Shown here one piece after another: positions 38,640 through 48,007 of a stretch of DNA of 64,000 nucleotides. The stretch comes from a virus: IMG/VR virus record IMGVR_UViG_3300017971_000034, positions 6,822 through 70,821 of that record; one strand, given 5' to 3'. Made by a program: the position numbers and the translations under genes. The stretch's first letter is position 1. The number at the start of each line of letters is the position of its first letter. The notes beneath the pieces were generated by a model, which worked only from the letters and a program-made list of their open reading frames with translations, was not told the origin of the DNA and made no database searches.

Positions 38640-38900
38640 CATAGCGCGCGCGGATGCGCGCGGCTTGGAAACGCGCCCACACGGTGTAAGAACGCGCGCC
38701 TCAGCGCGTACCAAACACCGCGCGCGGGCGCGCGGGCGCGCGCGCTTTCACAGAAAACTTTTTCTTTTTCTTTGAAAAAGAAAACGTTTCCTGTAGTTCT
38801 TTAACTTTTTTTCAAAGAAAAAAAGAAAAGAACGCCGCAGTTCGAAACGTGCGGCCTTCTTATTTTTTTTCTTCACCTGGGGGCGCTTCGCGCCCCATCT
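38640..38900. other. Candidate replication origin
   Basis: The most AT-rich tract I saw in the window (about 38746-38873), with inverted repeats; preceded by GCGCGC runs; upstream of the helicase, primase and polymerase genes. Confidence 0.55.
38844..38874 (+). terminator. Hairpin plus T-run
   Basis: GCCGCA-N10-TGCGGC followed by CTTCTTATTTTTTT. Confidence 0.5.
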
Positions 38901-38970
38901 AACATACATACCCCTTCCTACGGCATACCGAGATGTGCTAACCTAGCCGGTTGAAGGAGGAGAGCCTAGA

Positions 38971-39663
38971 TTGGAGACTGCGGTTAGAGGTTCGGGGCGT
39001 CCGTTCGACGGTCTGTGGCCGTACCTGGAGCGGTGCGGGGTTCCTACCCCGCTCACGGCTAAGGTACCGGTGGCGGTCGTACCGGCCCCCGCCCTGGTCC
39101 CTAGCGATGCGACTTCGGAGGAGCTGATCAGGGTAGCCGTACGGTGTTACCGGGAGGCCTGCCACGTAGTGGGGGAGCCGCGAAAGGCGGTACGGTACCT
39201 GTACTCCCGCGGCATCGGTGGCGGCCTGCGTCGCAACATGCTAGCCGCCGCAGAACTGTTCCGCCGAAAATCCTGCTCCCCGCTGGGGTGGGCCGTGTGG
39301 AGCGCCCGCCAGTTCAGCAAGTTTAAGGGCTCCGGTAGACCCCCCGCCACCTACATGTACGCTCCCGGTAGGGTGAACAAACAGCGGGCCTGGTACCAGC
39401 GCGAATTCGAGCCGAGGGGCGGGTTAAGGATTACCGGTCCGGCGGCGTTAGAAGCTATGGACGTACTGGCCGAGGTTAGGGCCGCGGCCCTAACCTTCCG
39501 GGGACCACCGGAAGAGCTGGCGGCGACGGTAACGGGAGCGGTGGATTTGGAGAGGCTAAGGGAGGCGCTGTACCGCGCCGGGGAGGAGGCCGATGGTGAG
39601 AGGGAAAGATTCGACAGGTGCCTGCGGGACTGGCGTTGGATCCCGGAGTGGGACCGCTGTTAA
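38971..39663 (+). CDS. Hypothetical replication-associated protein
   Basis: AGGAGG RBS; precedes DnaB; TGcTAACCT extended -10 at 38936-38944. Confidence 0.6.
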   Translation: METAVRGSGRPFDGLWPYLERCGVPTPLTAKVPVAVVPAPALVPSDATSEELIRVAVRCYREACHVVGEPRKAVRYLYSRGIGGGLRRNMLAAAELFRRKSCSPLGWAVWSARQFSKFKGSGRPPATYMYAPGRVNKQRAWYQREFEPRGGLRITGPAALEAMDVLAEVRAAALTFRGPPEELAATVTGAVDLERLREALYRAGEEADGERERFDRCLRDWRWIPEWDRC

Positions 39664-39720
39664 AGAATCTCAGGGACCGCGACCGCACCGCCCAACGCAA
39701 GCTTCAGGAAGAAAGAAACG

Positions 39721-41073
39721 ATGACTGAGGGGTACGGGTTCGATCCCGCCTTCGAGGCGGCGGTGGTACTGACGTTAACCCAGAGTCACCGGTTCTACGG
39801 GATGGCTGGTCACTACGTGGACCCGGAACTACTATCCTGTAAGGAGGCATCGTGGCTGTGTACGGCGGCCCACGCCGTTTACAAGGACTCTGGAAGGGGA
39901 CCGGAATCTTCCATTCTGGTGGTGCAGCGTCTGCGCCGGTGGATGAACGCTGGCAGGTTGACCTTCGAAGCGTTGGAGGCCGCGGTAAACTACCTGAACC
40001 GGGCCGAGGACGATGGCCTGCCGAACGAAGATGCCATCCTGGTCGAGCTGGTACCGGTCCTGAAGCGGAGGTACGAACACCGCGTGGCCCGAGCCGGCCT
40101 CGACAACTACTCCAAGCGGGGCGACTTCGGGGAGGTGGTAAAGCTCCTGGAGGAGGCCCGCCGGATAGGGGAGAACGACGTATCGCTGGGTTCCCAACTC
40201 GGCAGCGACAGCTTCCGGGATATAGAGGCGCTGCGCCACCTAGACCGGCTTCCGACCGGAATCGACGACCTGGACCTGGCGATGAGCGGGGGGATGCCGA
40301 GGGGACTGACGGGGGTCGTCATGGGGGGCACCGGCGAGGGCAAGTCGATGTTCCTGTCCCAGGTGGCGTCCTACAACCTGCTGAACGGTCTGATGGTGTG
40401 CTACGCCGTGGTATCGGACCTGGACGAGGCGGACGTTAAGGCGCGCATGATCGCTAACCTGACGGGAACCCCGATCGACGCCGTCATGGCCGGGTCGGAC
40501 GAGGCCAGGTTCAGGCTCGCGGCGCTGGAACCGAAGCTCGGTATCGGCATGGTGAAGGAGTTCACGGAGGACGTTACCGCGGTGGCCGATATTCTGGAGT
40601 GGGTATCGGCCTGCCAGGACTACCACGGGCGCCGCTGCGACCTGCTGGTGGTGGACTACGCGGACCGCCTGGCGGCCCCCGCCGAGAAGTCGGAGTACAA
40701 CGCTATGAAGGTCGTGTACGAGGCCCTACGCAAAGCTGGGAAACGCGACAAGCGGTGGACCTGGACCGCCAGCCAATCGCGAGACCGCGACGAGAAATCC
40801 AAGCGTATCAAGACCCACCGGGACGCGGCCGACAGCATCAACAAGGCGCGCGTTGTCGACGCGTGGATCACGCTGAACGTGTGGGAGTCGGAGTCCAGCC
40901 CGACGGGACTGGATCAGTACTTCTTCATATCGAAGTTCAGGAAGGGCAGGGCCCGCGTCAAGGTCGGCCCGCTGGAGGTAGAGTACGAACTGGGGCGGGT
41001 AGCGCCGTCCCGCACCCTGGAGAAACTACACCAGGGTACCGGTAGCGGGAGGCGTGCCGCGTGGGTGCTGTAG
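39721..41073 (+). CDS. dnaB: DnaB-like replicative helicase
   Basis: PTGIDDLD, GGTGEGKS, VVDYAD, WTASQ, KFR. Confidence 0.9.
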   Translation: MTEGYGFDPAFEAAVVLTLTQSHRFYGMAGHYVDPELLSCKEASWLCTAAHAVYKDSGRGPESSILVVQRLRRWMNAGRLTFEALEAAVNYLNRAEDDGLPNEDAILVELVPVLKRRYEHRVARAGLDNYSKRGDFGEVVKLLEEARRIGENDVSLGSQLGSDSFRDIEALRHLDRLPTGIDDLDLAMSGGMPRGLTGVVMGGTGEGKSMFLSQVASYNLLNGLMVCYAVVSDLDEADVKARMIANLTGTPIDAVMAGSDEARFRLAALEPKLGIGMVKEFTEDVTAVADILEWVSACQDYHGRRCDLLVVDYADRLAAPAEKSEYNAMKVVYEALRKAGKRDKRWTWTASQSRDRDEKSKRIKTHRDAADSINKARVVDAWITLNVWESESSPTGLDQYFFISKFRKGRARVKVGPLEVEYELGRVAPSRTLEKLHQGTGSGRRAAWVL

Positions 41074-41496
41074 GTGAGCGGGGCCTTCGCCAGTATAGCC
41101 GAGGTAATAGAGGAGCTGCGGCGCAGGGCCGGGGTTCACGAAACGTTAACCGCCAAGGAACGGTGGGGTGGCGGTATCCCCACGTGGGGGGACGACATGG
41201 GCGCAGCCATAGAGAGCGAGTTTGACTTCGACAAGGACGACCTGCCCGGCGCTGACGAACTCAACGCGTGGGTCGCCAAACTATCCCCGGCGTGCCTGGT
41301 CAACCTCAGCGCGTGGGACCTGTCGGCGCTGGCGGACACCGTTAAGATGATCGTCAACGACCGCCTGGACCACCTCCACGACTACGTCAAGGACGTGCTA
41401 TTAGAAACAACATTCGGAGTACCGAACAAGGCGCTGACTTTAAAAGAGGAAAAAACCCTAGCGGTGTTGTCACGCCTCGAACGGTGCCGCCTGTAG
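41074..41496 (+). CDS. Hypothetical protein
   Basis: Between helicase and primase. Confidence 0.55.
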   Translation: MSGAFASIAEVIEELRRRAGVHETLTAKERWGGGIPTWGDDMGAAIESEFDFDKDDLPGADELNAWVAKLSPACLVNLSAWDLSALADTVKMIVNDRLDHLHDYVKDVLLETTFGVPNKALTLKEEKTLAVLSRLERCRL

Positions 41497-41540
41497 TATG
41501 TCCCTTGACAAAGTACCAACAGGTGTGGCCCGATAAACAC

Positions 41541-42386
41541 ATGGACGCCGCAATCCTAAATGCTATAGCGGACATGAACCCGTCGAGTAGCGGATGGTTC
41601 CGCGCCAACTGCCCGTTCTGCGAACAGCGCGTCGGCAAGGTCGACCGGCAACGGTGCCTGGCCGTCAACGTTAGAACCGGCCGCTACATGTGCTGGCGCT
41701 GTGAGGTCAGGGGCTCGGTCCCGGTAGAGGTACTGTCCCACCAGGACCGGGCGGTAACCGTCGTCGACCACGGCCACCGCTACCTCGGGAAGCCCGAAGG
41801 GTTCTACCGGCTCGGGGGTCGCCCTCCCCTATCGCTGCGGCGCGCCGCCCTCTACTTGGATAAACGGAGGGTGCCGCGCTCCGCGGTCCGGGAGCTGGGG
41901 ATCGGTGCGGCCGTGAGCGGGTACCTGTCGCACCGGGTGGTGGTCCCGGTTAAGGGTTACGGTAGTAGGTGGTTAGGGTGGGTGGCCAGGTCGTATAGCG
42001 GCGCCGAACCGCGCTACCTGTACCCCCCCGGGATGAGGAGGGGCGAGCTCCTCTTCAACGAGGCGCGCCTAACCTGGGATACGGACTCCCCGGCGCTGCT
42101 GGTTGAGGGCGTCATGGATGCCCTGCCACACTGGCCGCACGCCGTCGCATGTCTCGGGAAGCCTAGCCGGTGGCAGAAGGAACGCCTGCGGTCCGCCGAT
42201 TGCCCGATAGCCGTAGCACTAGACTCGGACGCACAAGACGAAGGATGGGCGCTGGCGATGGAGCTACGGCTCTACGGTCGGCGCGCCGGTTTCGTGAAGC
42301 TACCGCCCGGGAAGGACCCGGGCGACATGACCGACACCGGACGGTTGCTGGAAGCCGCCGTGAGGTCGATCTACGAGGAGGTCTAA
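41541..42386 (+). CDS. DNA primase (zinc finger plus TOPRIM)
   Basis: CPFC..CWRC, VEGVMD, LDSDA, KDPGD. Confidence 0.9.
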   Translation: MDAAILNAIADMNPSSSGWFRANCPFCEQRVGKVDRQRCLAVNVRTGRYMCWRCEVRGSVPVEVLSHQDRAVTVVDHGHRYLGKPEGFYRLGGRPPLSLRRAALYLDKRRVPRSAVRELGIGAAVSGYLSHRVVVPVKGYGSRWLGWVARSYSGAEPRYLYPPGMRRGELLFNEARLTWDTDSPALLVEGVMDALPHWPHAVACLGKPSRWQKERLRSADCPIAVALDSDAQDEGWALAMELRLYGRRAGFVKLPPGKDPGDMTDTGRLLEAAVRSIYEEV

Positions 42387-42387
42387 A

Positions 42388-43098
42388 GTGATCAAACAGC
42401 TCGGTTTCGTTACCGAAATTCATGGTGAGACGCCGGACGAGGGTAGGCGCTGCGTCTTCGCCACCAACGACGTTAAAGTACAGACGCTGTACGTGGAGAA
42501 CGTATCGTACGACGAGGCCGTGGCTATCGTCGCGTGGTTCGACAACAAAACATCCGAGGATCTCGTTACGGTCTCCAGCCGCGCCATCGGTGACGCCGAC
42601 TACACCGAGGCCGATCCCAAACCCGTCTTGGCGGTCGGTCCCGAATCAAAGGCGGGGCGCTCGCGGAGCAAGGCTGACCAGAAGGTTGGGTGTACAACCG
42701 GGATCTCGGAAACGACCCCGTACGACGAGACCGAAGCCGACCCCGAGCCAAAGGCGAAGAAGACGAGGGGATCGGCGAAAAGGAAGAAGAAGTCAAAGGG
42801 ATCCGAGAAGGCGAAGAAGGCGACCGATATCGATCCCAGCGACGCCGCGGAACGCCTGCGGAACGAGACCTCCGAAAAACTGGACAAGACCCCGCCCAAC
42901 GGGGTTCCGGAGGAGCTCCTGGAGGTAAACCAGATCAAGCAGGTGGTACTATATTTCGTGAACCTCGGCATGGGCCCTGACGACATCGACGAGGTCACCG
43001 AGACCTGCGAGGTGTGGAAGGAGTCCATACCGGCGCTGGCAAGGGTAAAGGCAAACCTGCGCGACCGCCTACACCGCCTGCTGACCATCCACGGATGA
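42388..43098 (+). CDS. Hypothetical protein with Lys-rich linker
   Basis: Operon packing. Confidence 0.6.
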   Translation: MIKQLGFVTEIHGETPDEGRRCVFATNDVKVQTLYVENVSYDEAVAIVAWFDNKTSEDLVTVSSRAIGDADYTEADPKPVLAVGPESKAGRSRSKADQKVGCTTGISETTPYDETEADPEPKAKKTRGSAKRKKKSKGSEKAKKATDIDPSDAAERLRNETSEKLDKTPPNGVPEELLEVNQIKQVVLYFVNLGMGPDDIDEVTETCEVWKESIPALARVKANLRDRLHRLLTIHG

Positions 43099-45566
43099 AG
43101 AGGATACCCCTGTACGACCGCTCCTTCGGGCTCCCGGTCTCCGACTATTCCTCCGCGCTCGATACCGACCCCCGGTGCGAGCGGTGCGAGCTGCACCGCG
43201 GAACCGGGCACGTCTGCCTACCGGCCGAAGGGCAACCGGGGGGCCTGCTGGTAGTGGGCGGGGCGGTATCGAAGGCCGACGACCGCGCCGGTAGGCCGTA
43301 CTCCGGGACTACCGGAGGGTACCTGCGCCGCCTGTTGCGGGACGCTTACGGGGGCCCAGTGGCCCTAACCTACGCCGTTCGCTGCAACCCGCGGCGCGGA
43401 AGGGTGGCCACCAAGCACGTTAACGCCTGCCGTCCCTACCTATCCGGCGTCCTGGGAGACGCCGACCCGGAGCGCGTGGTCCTCCTCGGCGGAATCGCCG
43501 CTGAGGGATTCGTCGGGTACCCGGTCCACCCTACGAGCGCGCGCGGCGGCTATATATACACCGGGGACGCCGTACCGGTCTTCTACCTCCCTTGGCCCGG
43601 TCCCCAGGTACAGGGTAACAGGTTCTACCGGGCAGAGTTCGAGGAGGACCTGCGGTGGGCCTTGGAAACCGACCCCGCCCTCCCCCCGTGGCGCGGTAGC
43701 TCACTGGTGGTGGAGGACGAATTGGACGCCGCCGAAGCCGTCGCGGTATTGGAGACGGTCGGTAGGTTCTCCTTCGACTGCGAGACGTACGGTCGGCAAC
43801 ACGACGAGGACTTCCGGTTACTGTGCGTAGCCTGTTCCCCGGAAGGGTTCGACGACGCGTACGTTTGGCCGGAGGCTGCCCTGCGGGACCCCGGCATCTC
43901 CGGCTACCTGAAGAGGTTGATGGCTAACCCGCGGGTCGTTAAGGACGGTCACAACGTCAAGTACGACCAGGAGAGCGTGTGGTTAGCTATGGGGGTTGAG
44001 GTCGAGGGCATCTTCGGCGATACCCGGGTGTGGCGGCGCATGGTCGAAACGGAGGCTAGCGGCAGGTTGGAGGACGTTGCCGAGTTGGTGGGTATGGGCG
44101 GTCACAAGAGGGAGGCCAAGTACTACGTGGACCGGGCGAAGCGCAGGCTGAGGGCCCAGGATAAGGAAACCTCCGTCCTGGGCGGGTGGTACCGCGGTAA
44201 GAACTACGACCGCTACGCCTACGCCGCCGTTCCAGACGATACCCTGCACCGGTACGTGGCCCTGGACGCGGTCTCCACCCAGAGGTTGACCGCGCACCTG
44301 TGGGGGGAGCTGGGGGAAGCCGGCCTGCAGCACGTGTGGGAAGACCAGCTTAGGGACGCTAGCTGGGCCCTCGGGTGGGTAGAGAGGTGGGGGATGCCGG
44401 TCGACCGAGACCAGGCCCGGCTAGCCACCGAATACGTAAATTCCCGCCTGGCGGAACTGGACGGCAGGCTCCGCCACTACGGCGACATCAACTTCAACTC
44501 GGTGCCGCAACTGTCCGACCTACTGTTCAACCAGCTCGGGCTTCGCACCACCGTCCTTACCGGAACCGGGAAGCCGAGTACCGGTAAGGAGGCGCTCGCA
44601 GAGATGGAGGGGCAGCACCCGATAGTGGCCAACCTGCGGGAACACAAACGGTTGGAGGCCCTACGCACCAAGTTTATCGTCCCTATCGGTGAACACACCT
44701 GCGACGATGGCCGGGTCCACCCCGCGCTATTGTTGGACGGTACGGGAACCGGGCGCCTGTCGTGCAGGGAGCCGAACCTGCAGGCCATCAAGAAGGGGGA
44801 CAAGGGCGACGAGGAGCGCATGATGCGCAACATCTTCGCTGCCCCCGCCGGCCGCAAGCTGGTACAGTTCGACTACAGCCAGATGGAGCTCCGGATAGCG
44901 GCGGCCATCAGCGGGGACGAGGCGATGAAGGAGGTGTTCCTGTCGGGAAAGGACTACCACGCCCGGACGGCTGCCTTCATACAGGATCTGGTGCCGTTCC
45001 AGGTGGACCGACGCATGGCCAAGGCGGTCAATTTCGGCCTCATCAACGGTGTAGGAGACGCACGCATAGCGCACGACCTGAAGATCACCGAAGCACAGGC
45101 TGCTAGCATCCGGAAGGCCATTACGTCCAAATTCCACGGGTACGCTTCCTGGGTGCGCCGTACCGTGTACGAGTCCACCAAGTCCGGATTCGCCCATACC
45201 GTCTGGGGACCGGACCTGAGCAGGTCCCGCCGCCGCAAGATCTACAACATCGGGAGCCCAAACTCCGCCCAGAAGCACAACGGAACCATAGCCGCCTACA
45301 ATACCGCGGTGCAGGGGACGGCCTCGGACTACTGCCTGGCCTCCCTCGTGGAGGTATGTAGGTGGATCCACGACGACGCGGTCCCGGCGAAACTCATCCT
45401 GCAGATACACGACGCGCTAGTACTGGAGTGCGGCGAGGACGCGGTGGACGAGGTACTGTACCAGGTTAACAGGATCATGACGTCCTGGCCGTCTATGGGT
45501 GTCCCCCTGAAGGTAGACGCCGAGGTCGGCCCGTCGTGGGGGGAGATGGAGGAAGTGAGGCTGTGA
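43095..45566 (+). CDS. polA: Family A DNA polymerase with N-terminal UDG-like domain and 3'-5' exonuclease
   Basis: CERCELH/VRCNP UDG4-like domain; FDCET, HNVKYD; TGRLS, DYSQMELR, RRMAKAVNFG, IHDA. Confidence 0.95.
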   Translation: MKRIPLYDRSFGLPVSDYSSALDTDPRCERCELHRGTGHVCLPAEGQPGGLLVVGGAVSKADDRAGRPYSGTTGGYLRRLLRDAYGGPVALTYAVRCNPRRGRVATKHVNACRPYLSGVLGDADPERVVLLGGIAAEGFVGYPVHPTSARGGYIYTGDAVPVFYLPWPGPQVQGNRFYRAEFEEDLRWALETDPALPPWRGSSLVVEDELDAAEAVAVLETVGRFSFDCETYGRQHDEDFRLLCVACSPEGFDDAYVWPEAALRDPGISGYLKRLMANPRVVKDGHNVKYDQESVWLAMGVEVEGIFGDTRVWRRMVETEASGRLEDVAELVGMGGHKREAKYYVDRAKRRLRAQDKETSVLGGWYRGKNYDRYAYAAVPDDTLHRYVALDAVSTQRLTAHLWGELGEAGLQHVWEDQLRDASWALGWVERWGMPVDRDQARLATEYVNSRLAELDGRLRHYGDINFNSVPQLSDLLFNQLGLRTTVLTGTGKPSTGKEALAEMEGQHPIVANLREHKRLEALRTKFIVPIGEHTCDDGRVHPALLLDGTGTGRLSCREPNLQAIKKGDKGDEERMMRNIFAAPAGRKLVQFDYSQMELRIAAAISGDEAMKEVFLSGKDYHARTAAFIQDLVPFQVDRRMAKAVNFGLINGVGDARIAHDLKITEAQAASIRKAITSKFHGYASWVRRTVYESTKSGFAHTVWGPDLSRSRRRKIYNIGSPNSAQKHNGTIAAYNTAVQGTASDYCLASLVEVCRWIHDDAVPAKLILQIHDALVLECGEDAVDEVLYQVNRIMTSWPSMGVPLKVDAEVGPSWGEMEEVRL

Positions 45567-45662
45567 CTAAATGTTGCGGTACGGAGGCCCGAAATGCGAC
45601 GTCACACCGTCTACATTTCTTGAAGACGGTCTTCTCTACTGCGAGAACGAAGCTGGGGACCC

Positions 45663-46154
45663 ATGATCGAGTGCTGTCTGTCGAGCTATGACGCCGACCC
45701 GTGTCAGTTTCATACTTGTAAGATGGTGCGAGCCGTGAAGACGCACCAGTGCTATGAGTGTGGCGAACAGGTCGACGTCGGGGAGCTACACGAGTATGTG
45801 TTCGTGGTCGACCAGGACGGAAATTCAGAGTCGATTCGGACGTGCGTCGTGTGCCTGGCCGTCCGCAACGACCACGACTGCGGGGATGGATACATCTACG
45901 GTGCGCTGTGGGACACGCTGCGTGAGTGCTACGGGACAGAGGTAGTCGATGATCCGGAGGACCATGACCCCGACGACCCCCACACTAACCCATGGGAGCC
46001 GCCCCCAACGTGTGGATCGACCACGGCGTACTACGCGCATCACTGGAGGCGAGATAGTGATCAATGGGTGTGTGGGCGATGCGGTCTCGGTTGGATACCT
46101 AGGTCACTGCAGGCGCTGGCTGACAACTTCCGTCAAGTCAACCAGGACGACTAA
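45663..46154 (+). CDS. Cys-rich hypothetical protein
   Basis: HQCYECG..RTCVVC. Confidence 0.6.
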   Translation: MIECCLSSYDADPCQFHTCKMVRAVKTHQCYECGEQVDVGELHEYVFVVDQDGNSESIRTCVVCLAVRNDHDCGDGYIYGALWDTLRECYGTEVVDDPEDHDPDDPHTNPWEPPPTCGSTTAYYAHHWRRDSDQWVCGRCGLGWIPRSLQALADNFRQVNQDD

Positions 46155-46405
46155 TGAGGTACGTTCCCGGTAACTGGACGCGCTCAAACGTCGAGATGGT
46201 ACTGCTGGGGGTACAGGGTAGGGTGAAGCGCGGGGACGTCCGGCAACTGGTGCTGGCCCAGCGCCACTCCACCAAACCAACCGAGGTAAGGGAGCGGATC
46301 GTCCAAGTTGTTGGTGACGTACCCCGCCTAGAAATATTCGCCAGGGAGGTAGTGCCGGGGTGGGACCACCACGGCAACGAACTACCGGGAGGGGTAGAGA
46401 TATGA
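46154..46405 (+). pseudogene. C-terminal remnant of an MT-A70-family adenine methyltransferase
   Basis: GNWTRSNVE..HSTKP..RLEIFARE..GWDHHGNE; the catalytic DPPW half is absent. Confidence 0.75.
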
Positions 46406-46761
46406 GTAAAACCTCGCGAGCGTTGGACCACCGCGGCCCCGTATGGGGACAGGTGGCTGAGCTGATCGATCTGTGGAAGGACGGCGGTTCGTGTAGCAGT
46501 ACCGACCTCGCCACCGACATACTGGAGGTCGTTAGGCGGGTCCTGGCCAACCAGGGTCAGGACGGCCCCGAGCAGTTGGTATGCTGTTTCCGGGGATGCG
46601 ACGAGGTCGCCGAGTGGGCCCTGACACCCTGTGACGGTACCTCCCGACAACGAGCAGGACACTACACGCACGTCTGCGACGAGCACGTCGGGAAGCTGCT
46701 GTCGTGCGGCCGCGGAATCGACTGGAGCGTTAGCCCGCTCGGTGGACGGGATGAAGGATAA
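46402..46761 (+). CDS. Hypothetical protein
   Basis: ATGA overlap with the preceding ORF. Confidence 0.5.
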   Translation: MSKTSRALDHRGPVWGQVAELIDLWKDGGSCSSTDLATDILEVVRRVLANQGQDGPEQLVCCFRGCDEVAEWALTPCDGTSRQRAGHYTHVCDEHVGKLLSCGRGIDWSVSPLGGRDEG

Positions 46762-47356
46762 GCACATCCGGGCGCGTATCGAGGCCTGCCTGGCGCTGGC
46801 AGCCTGCTCCAACTGCCCACGCGGGAAGCACGGGGCGATGTTGCTGGACCCGGAGCGCAACGTAGTACTGGCCGACGGTTACAACGGTGCCCCCCGCGGG
46901 GGCGGGGAGCTGTGCGGCGGTTCGTACTGTTTACGCAACGGCCTAGACCGTACCTCCATGCACATCCTGCCGGAGGGTGGCGACCTAACCATACAGGTGG
47001 ACGGTCGCGTCCTAGAACGCTACCCTAAGACGACCCGCAACCGCGACCTGTGGGCCCGTATGGACGCGCTGGCCACGCCACCGATCCCGTCCGGTACCAA
47101 CACCGAGGTAGGGTGCCACCACGCCGAGATGAACGTCATCTGCAACGCCGCCGCCAACGGTACGGCGACCAAGGGAGGGTGGCTCATCGTAACGGGCGAG
47201 CCCTGCCGCATGTGCGCAAAGCTCATCCACCATGCCGGAATCGTCAAGGTATTGGTGGTTAACGGCGGGTACGGTGGCCCGAACGGTGTAGGGTACCTGC
47301 GCAAACACGGCGTCGAAGTAACATCGTACTCCGTATCCGACAGGGGGATAACGTGA
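46751..47356 (+). CDS. dCMP deaminase
   Basis: SNC.R..HGA, GYNGAP, HAEMN, PCRMC. Confidence 0.92.
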   Translation: MKDKHIRARIEACLALAACSNCPRGKHGAMLLDPERNVVLADGYNGAPRGGGELCGGSYCLRNGLDRTSMHILPEGGDLTIQVDGRVLERYPKTTRNRDLWARMDALATPPIPSGTNTEVGCHHAEMNVICNAAANGTATKGGWLIVTGEPCRMCAKLIHHAGIVKVLVVNGGYGGPNGVGYLRKHGVEVTSYSVSDRGIT

Positions 47357-47937
47357 GCGCGTGTTCCAGGTGCGGGTACGTACCGTGCCGGTGCGGGTGG
47401 GTAGGGGACCAGGACAACAGCGTCGTGCGTCGCAACGTGGAGACGGAGTGCGAGCGGTGCGGCGCCTCCGTTACCGTCGATACCTTCTCACCGCACCCGT
47501 ATTTGTGCTCCGGATGCTCCAAACCGTCGCCGGAGAACCTCCTACCGGTAGTCTGCGGCGACTGCGGGGATACGTTCATGGGGGACCCCGGAGAGCGGTC
47601 CACCTGCCCGGATTGCGACCCCGACCGTTTCACGAAGCACGACGGCGGCAAACCGGACCTGGCGCTGTGGCCGCCGCGCGCCTTCGAATCGGTGGGGAGG
47701 GTGCTCACCTACGGTATCAAGAAGTACGCTCCCGGTAACTGGCGCAAGGTTAACGAGCTGCGCCGCTACTACAGCGCCGCCCTCCGGCACCTCTTCGCCA
47801 GGCTGCGCGGTGAGCGTTTGGACTCGGAGAGCGGGCTACCGCACCTGGCGCACGCGGTGTGCTGCCTGGCGTTCCTCCTAGAGTTGGAGGAAGAGGAGCT
47901 AGAACCTACCCCAGAACGAACGAGGGCGATGTGGTAA
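47353..47937 (+). CDS. Zinc ribbons plus DUF5664 (dATP/dGTP diphosphohydrolase-type) domain
   Basis: KHDGGKP..VLTYG.KKY...NWRK..AALRHL..D.ESGLPHLAHA. Confidence 0.85.
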   Translation: MSACSRCGYVPCRCGWVGDQDNSVVRRNVETECERCGASVTVDTFSPHPYLCSGCSKPSPENLLPVVCGDCGDTFMGDPGERSTCPDCDPDRFTKHDGGKPDLALWPPRAFESVGRVLTYGIKKYAPGNWRKVNELRRYYSAALRHLFARLRGERLDSESGLPHLAHAVCCLAFLLELEEEELEPTPERTRAMW

Positions 47938-48007
47938 CCACCGTAACAATCGTTAGCGGTACGTTCCGTCGTGCCTGCGGAGTGGTTTTACCGGAGAGGG
48001 ACGAACC

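Noticed and set aside
38604-38804. 66-aa ORF as a real gene
   Set aside because: It translates the low-complexity GC and AT tracts of the candidate origin; no supporting motif.
41505-41535. Promoter at TTGACA before primase
   Set aside because: No acceptable -10 at 16-18 nt spacing.
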